Of a stretch of 64,000 nt of DNA, positions 9,594 through 18,879 are shown piece after piece. This DNA is from an uncultured Chloroflexia bacterium. GTDB taxonomy: Bacteria; Chloroflexota; Limnocylindria; Limnocylindrales; CSP1-4. The DNA lies in the NCBI GenBank assembly GCA_963757765.1, contig CAVWSL010000015.1:2360560-2424559 (forward strand), in the 5' to 3' direction. The translations under genes were made by a program, and so were the position numbers. The notes under the pieces are model-generated. The model saw only the letters and a list, made by a program, of their open reading frames with translations. It was not told the DNA's origin and did not search any database. Within the stretch, counting starts at the first letter, position 1. Each line of letters begins with the position of its first letter.

Positions 9594-10716
9594 ATGGACA
9601 ACGCGTCCATCCGGGACCTCGTGTCCCGGATCACGGCGACCTCGGGGAGGCTTTGACCTCGCCGCCAAGGAAGAACGGCTTTCACAGCTCGATGCCCGCT
9701 CGGCGGAGCCCGGGTTCTGGGAAGAGCCTCGCGACGCGCAGGTCGTGCTGCGTGAAGCGGAGGTCCTGCGCGACGACCTGACCGCCTGGCAGGGTCTGCT
9801 GGCGCGCGCCTCCGACCTGGCCGAGCTGGCCGAGCTGGCGACCGGGGCCGCGGACGACGCGATGGACGCCGGTGTCGATGCTGAGTACCGGTCGTTGGCC
9901 GAGGACTATGAGCAGCAGCGCCAGGCCCTGCTGTTCTCAGGCGACTACGACGGATCGAACGCCATCATCTCCATCAGCGCCGGCGCTGGTGGCACCGAGG
10001 CAACCGATTGGGCCGCCATGCTCCAGCGGATGTATCTGCGCTGGGCGGAACGCCATCGTTTCAGGACCGAGATCATCGACCAGCTCGAGGGAGAGGAGGC
10101 CGGCATCAAGAGCGTCACCATCAACGTCGAGGGAGGCCGGGCGTATGGCTACCTGCGCGCCGAGCGGGGCGTCCATCGCCTGGTCCGTATCAGCCCCTTC
10201 GACTCCCAGAAGCGCCGCCACACCACGTTCGCCCTGCTGGAGGTGCTGCCCGAGGTGGACGACGACGTCGAGGTCGGTGACATCCCCGATGACGACCTGC
10301 GGATCGACACGTACCGGTCCCAGGGCGCCGGCGGCCAGCACGTCAACAAGACCAATTCCGCGGTCCGCCTCACCCACCTGCCGACGGGCATCGTCGTCCA
10401 GAGCCAGAACGAGCGTTCACAACACCAGAACAAGGAGCTTGCGATGCGCGTGCTCAAAGCGCGCCTCCTGGAACGCAAGATCGCCGAGCGCGAGGCGGAG
10501 CTGGCGAAGATCCGGGGCGACCACGTCGAAGCCGGCTGGGGCAACCAGATCCGGAGCTACGTGCTGCACCCCTACCAGATGGTCAAGGACCATCGGACCG
10601 AGTTCGAGACCAGCGACACCACGGGCGTCCTGGACGGCGACCTGGACCGCTTCATGATGGCCGAGCTCGAGCGACTCGCGACGAGCGGGGAGCCGGGCGC
10701 CGCGGACGCAGCCTGA
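9594..10716 (+). CDS. prfB: peptide chain release factor 2, expressed through the programmed +1 ribosomal frameshift
   Basis: ORF0 runs 9594-9656 and encodes MDNASIRDLVSRITATSGRL*. It ends in the canonical shifty site GGGGAGG CTT TGA C at 9642-9657, where the SD-like element is followed by CUU-UGA-C. The +1 frame from 9655 encodes DLAAKEERL... The protein carries the RF2 motifs SPF and GGQ (QGAGGQHVNKT). Confidence 0.85.
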
Positions 10717-11477
10717 TGCCCGACCGGATACGGGTGCTGCTCGCTGGCGAGAGCTGGACCAGCTACGGCGTCAACGTCAAGGGCTTCAACGCCTACTACA
10801 CCGGCTTCTACGACGAGGGAGGCGCACCCCTCGTCAACGCCCTCGCTGCCAACGGCTGTGCTGTGATCTACCTGCCGAACCATCTCGCGGCGACGCGGTT
10901 CCCCGACTCCACCGCGGCGCTGGGCGAGTTCGACGTGGTCATCCTGAGTGACATCGGCTCCGACACCATCACGCTCCATCCCGACACCTTCCGTGCGTCC
11001 GAGGTCCGACCCGACCGGCTGGCTATCCTCGCGGACTGGGTCCGGACAGGCGGCGGGCTGCTGATGGTGGGCGGCTACATGAGCTTCACGGGCTACGCTG
11101 GCGCGGCGCGATATGGCATGACCCCGCTCGCGGACGTGCTGCCGGTCACGCTCCTGGACCACGACGACCGCATCGAAGCGCCGGCCGGGGTCCGGCCTGT
11201 CACCACCGGTGCGGATACGACGGGCATCCTCGATGGCATCGACGGGCCGTGGCCGCCGTTCCTGGGCTACAACCGGCTGCGGGAGCGTGACGGCGGCCAC
11301 ATCCTCCTGCGCTCCGGGATGGATCCGTTCCTGGTCGTCAGCGAGGTCGGCGACGGCCGTACCGCGGCGTTCGCGTCGGACTGCTCACCCCACTGGGGCT
11401 CGCCCGAGTTCACCGCGTGGCCGGCGTATCCGACCTTTTGGTCACAGCTCGTGGAGTGGCTCGCCGGACGACGTTGA
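10716..11477 (+). CDS. class-I glutamine amidotransferase-like (GATase1-like/ThuA-like) domain protein
   Basis: Its ATG overlaps the prfB stop. The VLLAGESW...VVILSDIGSDTI...GGGLLMVGGYMSF pattern resembles GATase1-like / DUF1355-type proteins. The family call is tentative. Confidence 0.55.
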   Translation: MPDRIRVLLAGESWTSYGVNVKGFNAYYTGFYDEGGAPLVNALAANGCAVIYLPNHLAATRFPDSTAALGEFDVVILSDIGSDTITLHPDTFRASEVRPDRLAILADWVRTGGGLLMVGGYMSFTGYAGAARYGMTPLADVLPVTLLDHDDRIEAPAGVRPVTTGADTTGILDGIDGPWPPFLGYNRLRERDGGHILLRSGMDPFLVVSEVGDGRTAAFASDCSPHWGSPEFTAWPAYPTFWSQLVEWLAGRR

Positions 11478-12369
11478 CGCCCGATCGCAACGACCGGGCG
11501 AGTGACGGATCGACGGCCAGGTCGAATTCGCGGACCTTGGCCGCGCCCCAGGCGACACCCTCTGCGAGTGCCTCCGGGAGCGTGGCCCCGGCGGCCAGCT
11601 GCACGACGAGACCCGCGCACACAGCGTCACCGGCGCCGATGGGGTTCACGGGCTCCTGGGGTGCGGCCGCGATCGTCCAGCGTCCGTCGTCCGTCCAGAG
11701 TCGCGCCCCGCGGCGTCCGTTGGTCAAGATGAGCGCCGACGGCTCGGGGACCGCGTCACGACCACGTGCCCAGGCGTTCGCTGAGGTCAGGTCGCGCGCC
11801 GCGGCCAGCTCCGCGGTCGAGACCTTGACCACGTCCGGGATGGCCCGCAGCGCCGCGTGCAGCCAGCCACCCGAGGCGTCAAGCAGCGTTCGCGCACCGA
11901 CGCGCCGCGCGGATCCGATGAGCGAGGCGTAGAGATCGACCGACGCCCCGGCGGGCAGCGAACCGGTGAGGACCAGCAGGTCGCCCGACGCGAGGCCGTC
12001 GAGCAGCCGTGCGGTCGCCCGTTCGACGACCGCGGGCGCGAGGGCTGGCGCCGTCCCGTTGAGCACGGTGGCTCGGCCGTCCCCGTCGACCACGATGACG
12101 TCGGTGCGCGCCCGGACACCGGACGGGACGACCTGGATGGTGGCCAGGCCGAGATCGGGCTCGTCGCTGAGCGCCTCGTGGCCGGCATCGTCCGTGATGG
12201 CGACGAGGCGGACGCCGACGCCCATCCGGCCAGAGAAGCGGGCGACATTGACACCCTTGCCACCGATCCGCTCCACTGCCCGCTGTGCCCGCAGGACCGC
12301 ACCGGGCACGAGCTTCGGGACGCCCACGATGACCTCGTGGGCCGTGTTGGGGCTGAAGACGACGATCAC
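11410..12369 (-). CDS. PfkB-family carbohydrate kinase (1-phosphofructokinase/tagatose-6-P kinase-like)
   Basis: Ribokinase-fold motifs GGKGVNVA and NPIGAGDAVCAGLV are present. It is the last gene of the minus-strand sugar ABC operon. Its 3' end overlaps the convergent gene by 68 nt. Confidence 0.75.
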   Translation of the reverse strand: MIVVFSPNTAHEVIVGVPKLVPGAVLRAQRAVERIGGKGVNVARFSGRMGVGVRLVAITDDAGHEALSDEPDLGLATIQVVPSGVRARTDVIVVDGDGRATVLNGTAPALAPAVVERATARLLDGLASGDLLVLTGSLPAGASVDLYASLIGSARRVGARTLLDASGGWLHAALRAIPDVVKVSTAELAAARDLTSANAWARGRDAVPEPSALILTNGRRGARLWTDDGRWTIAAAPQEPVNPIGAGDAVCAGLVVQLAAGATLPEALAEGVAWGAAKVREFDLAVDPSLARSLRSGVNVVRRATPRAVTKRSDTPATR

Positions 12370-12458
12370 GACATGACGACGCCGAGGTGCAGCGCGTGCT
12401 GTGACCTCGGCGTCCTCGTGGTCATGGGCGCACCGCCCGATCGGCGGTGATCGGTCGG

Positions 12459-13496
12459 CTAGGGCGCGGCCGACCCTGCCGGGGCGGGAGCACCCGTCGG
12501 GCAGGCATTGAGGTCCGCGGGGTAGATGAACTTGACGATGTCCGGCTGGTCGGCGTTCTCACGGGTGATGACCGCGAAACCGGTCGGCTGGTCGTGCGTG
12601 ACGGCTGACGTGTCGATCGTGCCGGCCCGGATGGTGTCGGCGACGAGCTTCACGCTGTTGTAGCCCATGTCGTACGGCTGCTGGGCGATGAGCGCGTCAT
12701 AGACGCCGTTCTTGAGGTCGTTGACCTGTTCGGGCGATGCATCGAACGCGACGAGCTTGATGGTGCCCTGCTGGCCGGCGTCCTTGAGGCCGGTTGCGGC
12801 ACCCAGCGCCGCGGACTCGTGCGTGGCATAGACGCCAGCGAGGTCCGGGTTGCCGGCGATGGCGGCGGTGACCGCCTCTGCAGCCTTGGCGGTATCGGTG
12901 CCGGGATAGACGTATTCGAGGACCTTGGATCCCGCGGCGACCATCGTGTCACGGAAACCGTCCGCGCGGCCGCCGATGTCGGGCAGGCCGGGGGAGAGGT
13001 GCAGGACGAGGTAGGAGCCGGCGCCATCGGTCTGCGCCAGCATCGCCTGTGCAGCGAGTTGTCCGCCTTTGTAGTGGTCGGACTGCATGTTGGCGAGCTC
13101 GACCGCCTTGCTCATGGGCGCGTCGATAGTGACCACCGGGATGCCGGCGGCCATCTTGTCGCTCACGAACTGGATCAGGGCGTCGGGGTCGGTGGGGCTG
13201 ATGACCCAACCCTGCGGATCGGTCGCGTCGGCGGCCTCGATGATGGGCCGCTCCTCGTTGATGTCCCAGTTGTGGGAGCCCTGGAAGTTGAGGTTGACGT
13301 TGTTGGCCTTCGCGGCCTCGCGCGCGCCGCACTCGACGCCGGTATAGAAGGTGATGCCCACCTGGCCCGCGACGAACGCGATGTTGACCGGCGTCGTGGA
13401 CGCGGCGGGGGACTGGGCGGCGGCGGGCGCCACCCCGAGCAGCAATGTGAGGCCGGCGACTGCCGCGGTCGCGCGCCCGATGTGTGTTCGAGTCAC
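12459..13496 (-). CDS. sugar ABC transporter substrate-binding protein (RbsB-like periplasmic binding protein)
   Basis: Signal peptide MTRTHIGRATAAVAGLTLLLGVAPAAAQS. The periplasmic-binding-protein type-I pattern is IAFVAGQVGITFYTG...GIPVVTIDAPM. Confidence 0.8.
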   Translation of the reverse strand: MTRTHIGRATAAVAGLTLLLGVAPAAAQSPAASTTPVNIAFVAGQVGITFYTGVECGAREAAKANNVNLNFQGSHNWDINEERPIIEAADATDPQGWVISPTDPDALIQFVSDKMAAGIPVVTIDAPMSKAVELANMQSDHYKGGQLAAQAMLAQTDGAGSYLVLHLSPGLPDIGGRADGFRDTMVAAGSKVLEYVYPGTDTAKAAEAVTAAIAGNPDLAGVYATHESAALGAATGLKDAGQQGTIKLVAFDASPEQVNDLKNGVYDALIAQQPYDMGYNSVKLVADTIRAGTIDTSAVTHDQPTGFAVITRENADQPDIVKFIYPADLNACPTGAPAPAGSAAP

Positions 13497-13571
13497 CCTG
13501 TGAACCCTCCTCTGTGGCTTCCTGTGAGCGTCCTTCCTGGTCGGTGTCGTGTTGTCGTCGATCCCCCTCCT

Positions 13572-14645
13572 CTAGCTCAAGCGTGAGCGACGGCGCTGAT
13601 CCAGGTACACGGCGATGATGAGGATGATGCCCACGGCGACCAGCTGATAGAAAGGCTGGACGTTCATGATCACGAGGCCGTTGGCCATCATCACGGGGAT
13701 GAGCGATCCCAGCAACGTGCCGCCGATGGACGCGATGCCCCCGAAGAGGCTGGTGCCACCCAGGACGACCGCGGAGATCGCCTGGAGGTTGTCGGACTGA
13801 TGGCCCACCACGTTCGTGCTCGCATTGCGTGCGAGGTCGATGACCGCCGCGACACCTACGAGGAGTCCCTGGAGCACGAACAGCCGGACGGTGTGGCGGT
13901 CGATGTCGATGCCCGCCCGGACGGTCGACTCACGGGACGATCCAAGGGCCAGGGTGCGCATCCCGAAGCGCGTCGTGCGCATCACCACCCACATCACGGC
14001 ACAGATGAGGAGCGTCAGCACGAGCGGCAGGGGCAAGAACCCAAACAACCGATTGCTGCCGAAGTAGGTCTGGATCTCGTCGGGCACGAAGGGCACGTTC
14101 GCGGCACTCGTGAGGATGAGTGCCATGCCATAGAAGATGCCGGACGTGGCGAGCGTGACGATGAACGAGTTGAGCTTGAGGCGAGTGATGAGGATCCCGT
14201 TGAGGAGCCCCGCGAGCGAGCCCGAGAGGATGGCCACGATGGCCCCCGCGACCACTGCGGGCACCAGGTTGGGGTACTGGCCGGCCGCGACCTGCTCCGT
14301 GGTGCCACCGAGCGTGACCATGACCTTGGCCGCCAGGACCGAGGCGAGGATGAGGTTGTAGCCGACCGACAGGTCGAGGTGACCGGCGCCGATGAGGAAC
14401 GTCATGCCCACCGCGAGGAGCATGATCTGGGAGGCGTTGAGCCCGATGTTCAGCAGGTTCGAGGGCTTGATGAAGGCGTTGTTGGGCGTAACGAGCCCGA
14501 ACACGATGATCATGCCGATGACCACGATGCCGATCCAGAAGGCGGAGGAGCCCCGGATCTGGGCGATGAGGCCGGTCGCCTCCTCCGGCCCAAGAGCCTC
14601 GGGCAGCGCCTCCGGTTCGCCGCCGGTCGTGGCAGGCGCCGTCAC
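13572..14645 (-). CDS. sugar ABC transporter permease (RbsC/AraH-like)
   Basis: A polytopic membrane protein. Its GTG start overlaps the stop of the upstream ATPase (GTGA). It fits the monosaccharide-transporter permease family. Confidence 0.8.
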   Translation of the reverse strand: MTAPATTGGEPEALPEALGPEEATGLIAQIRGSSAFWIGIVVIGMIIVFGLVTPNNAFIKPSNLLNIGLNASQIMLLAVGMTFLIGAGHLDLSVGYNLILASVLAAKVMVTLGGTTEQVAAGQYPNLVPAVVAGAIVAILSGSLAGLLNGILITRLKLNSFIVTLATSGIFYGMALILTSAANVPFVPDEIQTYFGSNRLFGFLPLPLVLTLLICAVMWVVMRTTRFGMRTLALGSSRESTVRAGIDIDRHTVRLFVLQGLLVGVAAVIDLARNASTNVVGHQSDNLQAISAVVLGGTSLFGGIASIGGTLLGSLIPVMMANGLVIMNVQPFYQLVAVGIILIIAVYLDQRRRSRLS

Positions 14646-15505
14646 TCGACGACTTCCTCGCCGAGCATGAGCCCGATGACATCGGTGAGCTTCAGCGACG
14701 AGGCGGGTCGCTCCGCGACGACCAGGCCGTGCCGCATGACCGCGATACGGTCGGCGACATGGAGCATCCGCGGGATGTCATGGGAGATGACGAGCACCGC
14801 GAGGCCTCGCGCAGCCGCGTTCGTGACCGTGTCATACACGATGGCCGACTGCTTGGGACCGAGGGCGGCCGTCGGCTCGTCCATGAGCACGGCGGTCGTG
14901 GCCCAGGTGATCGACCGGGCGACCGCGAGTGCCTGGCGCTGACCACCCGAGAGGTTCCGCACCGGGACCCGCAGCGAGCGGAGATGGATGCCCAGGCGTG
15001 CCAGGGCATCCTTGGTCTCGGCCCGCATCGCATCACGATCGATCATGCCGAACCGGCCGCGCAGGCCACCGCGCATCGGCTCGCGGCCCAGGAACAGGTT
15101 GTCCGCGACCGACAGGTCCGGAGCCAGCGCCAGGTCCTGGTAGACCGTGTGGACGCCGAGCTCCAGGGCGTGGCCGATGGACTGGACCTTGACCGGCTCG
15201 CCCCAGTAGGCGACCTCGCCCTCGTCCGCCGAGATGGCACCACACAGGATCTTGGTCAGGGTGGACTTGCCAGCGCCGTTGTCGCCCACGAGCGCAAGCA
15301 CCTCGCCCGGTCGCAACACGAGGTCCGCCCCGCGGAGCGCCTGGAGATGGCCGTAGGCCTTGGTGATGCCCGTCGCCCGGATGGCGGGCACGTTCGGGTC
15401 GCGGGCTGGGGTCGGCGAGGCGGTGGCCGGACTGATCCCCACTTGTCTGACCTCGGTTGTACGACCTGTCGGCGGGATGGCGCCCATCCTACTCGTCGAC
15501 GTCAA
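14642..15505 (-). CDS. ABC transporter ATP-binding protein (single nucleotide-binding domain)
   Basis: Walker A is GDNGAGKST, the ABC signature is LSGGQRQALAVAR, and Walker B is LMDEPTAAL. The start is uncertain (15505 or 15487). Confidence 0.8.
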   Translation of the reverse strand: MTSTSRMGAIPPTGRTTEVRQVGISPATASPTPARDPNVPAIRATGITKAYGHLQALRGADLVLRPGEVLALVGDNGAGKSTLTKILCGAISADEGEVAYWGEPVKVQSIGHALELGVHTVYQDLALAPDLSVADNLFLGREPMRGGLRGRFGMIDRDAMRAETKDALARLGIHLRSLRVPVRNLSGGQRQALAVARSITWATTAVLMDEPTAALGPKQSAIVYDTVTNAAARGLAVLVISHDIPRMLHVADRIAVMRHGLVVAERPASSLKLTDVIGLMLGEEVVE

Positions 15506-16322
15506 TGGTCTGAGGGCTGTCCGTGCCCGATGACGCGCCCGCCGGATCGCCGTTGATGGCCAGCTGACCGCCGTCGACCACGAGGGTGGCGCCCGTCACA
15601 TAGGACGCCTCGGCAGAGGCGAGGAAGAGCACCGGCCAGGCCACCTCCGCCGCGCTGCCGACTCGGCCCAGCGGGATGGCTCCGAACCCGAAGCCAGCCG
15701 CGAGCATCGGCCGGGTGATCTCGCTCTCGATGGTGCCGGGGGCGACGGCGTTCACCCGGATGCCGTGCGGCGCGAGCTCGATGGCCATCGACTGGACCAG
15801 CAACGGCAGGGCTGCCTTGGACGTGTTGTAGGCCGCCATCCCGGGCTCGGCCACGAAGCTGTTGGTGGAGGCGATGACGACGATGGCGCCTCCCTGACCC
15901 GCCGCGACCATGGCACGCGCAGCCACCTGGCAGACGTTGAAGCTGCCCTCGATGTTGATGCGCATCACCTCCTGCCATTCCTCCAGCCGCAGGTCCAGGA
16001 ACGGTCCGACGCGGTGGATGCCCGCATTGCTGACGAGGATGTCTATGTGGCCGAAGCGAGCCTGGGCATCGCGGATGAGTCGCTCCGCGTCGGCGCGCAC
16101 CGAGACGTCACCGGGCAGCGCCAGGACGCGCCCGGGGGAGCCCAGACCCAGTGCCATGGCGTTCAGCCGGTCCGCCCGACGCGAGAGCAGCGCCACGCTG
16201 GCGCCTTGCTCCACGAACAGCCGCGCGATGCCGGCACCGATGCCCGTGCTCGCGCCGGTGACGACAGCCACCTTGCCCGCCAGCCGGCCCGTCGCAGCCG
16301 CCGGGACGGCCGGAGCCGTCAT
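15489..16322 (-). CDS. SDR-family oxidoreductase (short-chain dehydrogenase)
   Basis: GKVAVVTGASTGIGAGIA..., NAG, and YNTSKAAL (the catalytic YxxxK). The ORF is open to 16787, but that 155-aa N-terminal extension is rejected. The ATG at 16322 precedes the Rossmann motif. Confidence 0.75.
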   Translation of the reverse strand: MTAPAVPAAATGRLAGKVAVVTGASTGIGAGIARLFVEQGASVALLSRRADRLNAMALGLGSPGRVLALPGDVSVRADAERLIRDAQARFGHIDILVSNAGIHRVGPFLDLRLEEWQEVMRINIEGSFNVCQVAARAMVAAGQGGAIVVIASTNSFVAEPGMAAYNTSKAALPLLVQSMAIELAPHGIRVNAVAPGTIESEITRPMLAAGFGFGAIPLGRVGSAAEVAWPVLFLASAEASYVTGATLVVDGGQLAINGDPAGASSGTDSPQTIDVDE

Positions 16323-16470
16323 CCGCGGGGTCCCCGCGGCGAGCGGAGGGCATGCCTGTGTGGGGTCAGGTGCAGCGGCAGGTCCACGGTGGCCGACGGT
16401 ACACTCAGCGTCCCCCCGACGACAAGAGGCCCCGGAGACACGTGTCATTCGCCCCTCGGCATCGAACGCA

Positions 16471-17985
16471 ATGACCGCGCTAGGGCTGGACATCGGCACG
16501 AGCGCCGTGAAGGGTCTACTCCTCGACGCCAACGGCCGCGTCGTCGGGTTCGCCCGGCGGTCGTATCGACTGGAGCTGCCGGCACCGGGACGCGTCGAGC
16601 TGCCCGCCGAGCGTGTTTGGCATGCGGTCGCGGCGGTCATCGGGTCGCTCGCCGCCGCGGCCCATGCGACCGGGTCCCCGGTACGCGCGATCGCCGCGAG
16701 CGGCTCTGGCGACGAGGTCGTGATGGTGGACGCTGCGGGGGCGGCGGTGGGGCCGGTCATCGTGGCGCTCGATGGACGCGCCGGCATGATGGGCGCCGAG
16801 ATCGCCGAGCGGTTCGGCGACGCAGCCCTCTACGCACGGACGGGTCTTGCCATCGTCGGCATGGCGCCGCTCGTCCGGTTCGCCTGGCTGCGAGCTAACG
16901 AGCCGCGGCGCGCCGACGAGGTCCGGCAGCTGCTGGCGTGGCCCGAGTTCATGGCCCTCCGCCTGGGCCTCGAGCCCCGCTCCGAGCCGTCACTCGCCGG
17001 ACGCACCCTCGGCTACGACCTGGTCCGTGACGCCTACGCGCCGGACCTGCTCGAAGCGGTGGGTGTCGACGAGCGACTGCTGCCGGTCGTCGTGGACAGC
17101 GGCTCACCCATCGGTACCGTGGCCGATACCGTCGCCGCGCGGCTGGGACTGCCCCGCGGCGTGGTCGTGGTCGCGGGCGGCTTCGACCAGGCGATGGCCA
17201 CCCTGGGGGCGGGCGTCCTCGACGCCGGCATCGCCCACGTCGGCACGGGCAGCTATGAGGCGCTGACGGCTGTGCTGAAGGCACCGCTCATCGATGTCTG
17301 CCTGCACGCAACCGGCTGGTCCGTCGGTCGCTCGATCGCGGGGACGGCGCGTTGGGCCGCGATGGCCAGCTGGGTCGGCGGCGCGGCGCTGGGCTGGCTG
17401 GCGCGCGGTACCGCCCAAGGTCCCGGCCTGACCCGGTCCTGGCCGGCCGGGCCGAGCCCGTCACCGGCGCGTCTGCTGCGGGAGATGCCCGAAGGTCCGG
17501 CACGGCTGCTGGCGCGCTCCGAGCTCGATGGTGGCACCGGGGTCGTCGCGGGCCTCGACCTGGGGTCGGGTCGGGGCGACCTCACGGCCGCCATCGTGGA
17601 AGCCGTGACCATGGATCTGCGGCAGGCGCTCACGGATCTTGAGGGGGCGGGCGTGCATGTGGACACACTGCGCGCGACCGGTGGCGGTGCGCGCTCGCCC
17701 CGATGGCTGCAGGTCAAGGCGGATATCACCGGGCGGATCGTGGAACGCCCGGTCATCGCCGAGGCCGGTGCCTACGCGGCGGGCCTCCTCGCGGGTGCGG
17801 CCGTCGGGCTGCTGCCACCCAGCGTGCAGGCGTGCCGGGAACTCGTGCGCATCGATGCACGCGTCGAGCCGCGACGCGACCTGGAGGCCCACTACGCGGA
17901 TCGGGCCGCGCTCCATGCGCAGCTCGGGCGGACGATGCAGGAATGGCGGGCCGGCGTACCCGTCGGTCAGGGCACGTCCTCGTAG
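16471..17985 (+). CDS. FGGY-family carbohydrate kinase (xylulokinase-like)
   Basis: MTALGLDIGTSAVKGLL and the C-terminal TGGGARSPRWLQVKADITGR (FGGY signatures). It is transcribed divergently from the SDR gene. Confidence 0.8.
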   Translation: MTALGLDIGTSAVKGLLLDANGRVVGFARRSYRLELPAPGRVELPAERVWHAVAAVIGSLAAAAHATGSPVRAIAASGSGDEVVMVDAAGAAVGPVIVALDGRAGMMGAEIAERFGDAALYARTGLAIVGMAPLVRFAWLRANEPRRADEVRQLLAWPEFMALRLGLEPRSEPSLAGRTLGYDLVRDAYAPDLLEAVGVDERLLPVVVDSGSPIGTVADTVAARLGLPRGVVVVAGGFDQAMATLGAGVLDAGIAHVGTGSYEALTAVLKAPLIDVCLHATGWSVGRSIAGTARWAAMASWVGGAALGWLARGTAQGPGLTRSWPAGPSPSPARLLREMPEGPARLLARSELDGGTGVVAGLDLGSGRGDLTAAIVEAVTMDLRQALTDLEGAGVHVDTLRATGGGARSPRWLQVKADITGRIVERPVIAEAGAYAAGLLAGAAVGLLPPSVQACRELVRIDARVEPRRDLEAHYADRAALHAQLGRTMQEWRAGVPVGQGTSS

Positions 17986-18746
17986 AGGTCGAACGGGCGC
18001 GCCAGCAGCCCGCCATCCACGAGCAGGTGGCTGCCGTTGATGAAGCTCGCGTCGTCGCTGGCGAGGAACACCGCGACCCGCGCGATCTCCGCTGGTGACG
18101 CGATCCGCCGAAGCGGGTACTCGTGCTCGATGCGGGCCCGGAACGCGCCGGGGTCCGGCTGGGAGGCGAAGTAGACCTGGTTGAGCTCCGTGTCCACGTC
18201 CCCGGGACAGATCGCGACACAGCGCACGCCGGACGGGCCATAGGCCGCCGCGGTCGATCGGGTCAGCCCCAGGATGCCGGCCTTGGTCATGGAGTACACG
18301 GGCAGGAGCGCATCGCCCGCGAGTCCCAGGATCGAGGACATGTTGATGATCACGCCGCTCTTCTGGGCGACCATCGTGGGCAGCGCCGCACGGCTGAACA
18401 GGAACGTGCCCAGCAGGTTCGTGCGCACGATGCGCTCGAAATCAGCCACGCTCTGGTCGATGAGTCGAGCCTCGACCTGGATGGCCGCGTTGTTGACCAT
18501 GATGTCGAGGCGACCGGACGCGGCGAGCACCTCCGCGACCACCTGAGCGACGCCCGCCTCATCGCCCACATCCGCCTGGACCCCGATCGCATCCGGCAGT
18601 CTGGCCGCCACCGCACGGGCGCCCTGCCCGTCGATGTCCACGAGCACCGTCCGCGCACCCTCCGCGGCATACGCCTCGCTGATGGCGCGGCCGATGCCCC
18701 GGCCCGCGCCCGTCACGATGGCGACCCGTCGATCCAGGCGGCCCAT
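17967..18746 (-). CDS. SDR-family oxidoreductase
   Basis: MGRLDRRVAIVTGAGRGIGRAI..., NNAA, YSMTKAGI. There is a strong SD (AAGGAGG) 6 nt upstream of the ATG at 18746. The long N-terminal ORF extension is rejected. Confidence 0.8.
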   Translation of the reverse strand: MGRLDRRVAIVTGAGRGIGRAISEAYAAEGARTVLVDIDGQGARAVAARLPDAIGVQADVGDEAGVAQVVAEVLAASGRLDIMVNNAAIQVEARLIDQSVADFERIVRTNLLGTFLFSRAALPTMVAQKSGVIINMSSILGLAGDALLPVYSMTKAGILGLTRSTAAAYGPSGVRCVAICPGDVDTELNQVYFASQPDPGAFRARIEHEYPLRRIASPAEIARVAVFLASDDASFINGSHLLVDGGLLARPFDLYEDVP

Positions 18747-18879
18747 GGGTCCCCCTCCTTGAGGTGCTGTGGAGCGCCACCGTATCGGTCTTGGACAGGG
18801 CGCGTCAACGGCGCTCGCGGCTCGCTCGGCCACGGGCTGGGCTAGGCTTCCTGGGACCGGGGATGGCATGGGAGGGACG

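Noticed and set aside
16323-16787. 155-aa N-terminal extension of the SDR ORF. Analogous extensions were seen on the second SDR (18747..19100), the LLM oxidoreductase (31431..31676), the lipoprotein (38481..38723), the malic enzyme (40258..40401), rpmH (46158..46325) and recF (54384..54545).
   Set aside because: The extensions are low-complexity, precede well-defined conserved N-termini, and often sit next to SD-supported start codons. They reflect the lack of stop codons in GC-rich DNA.
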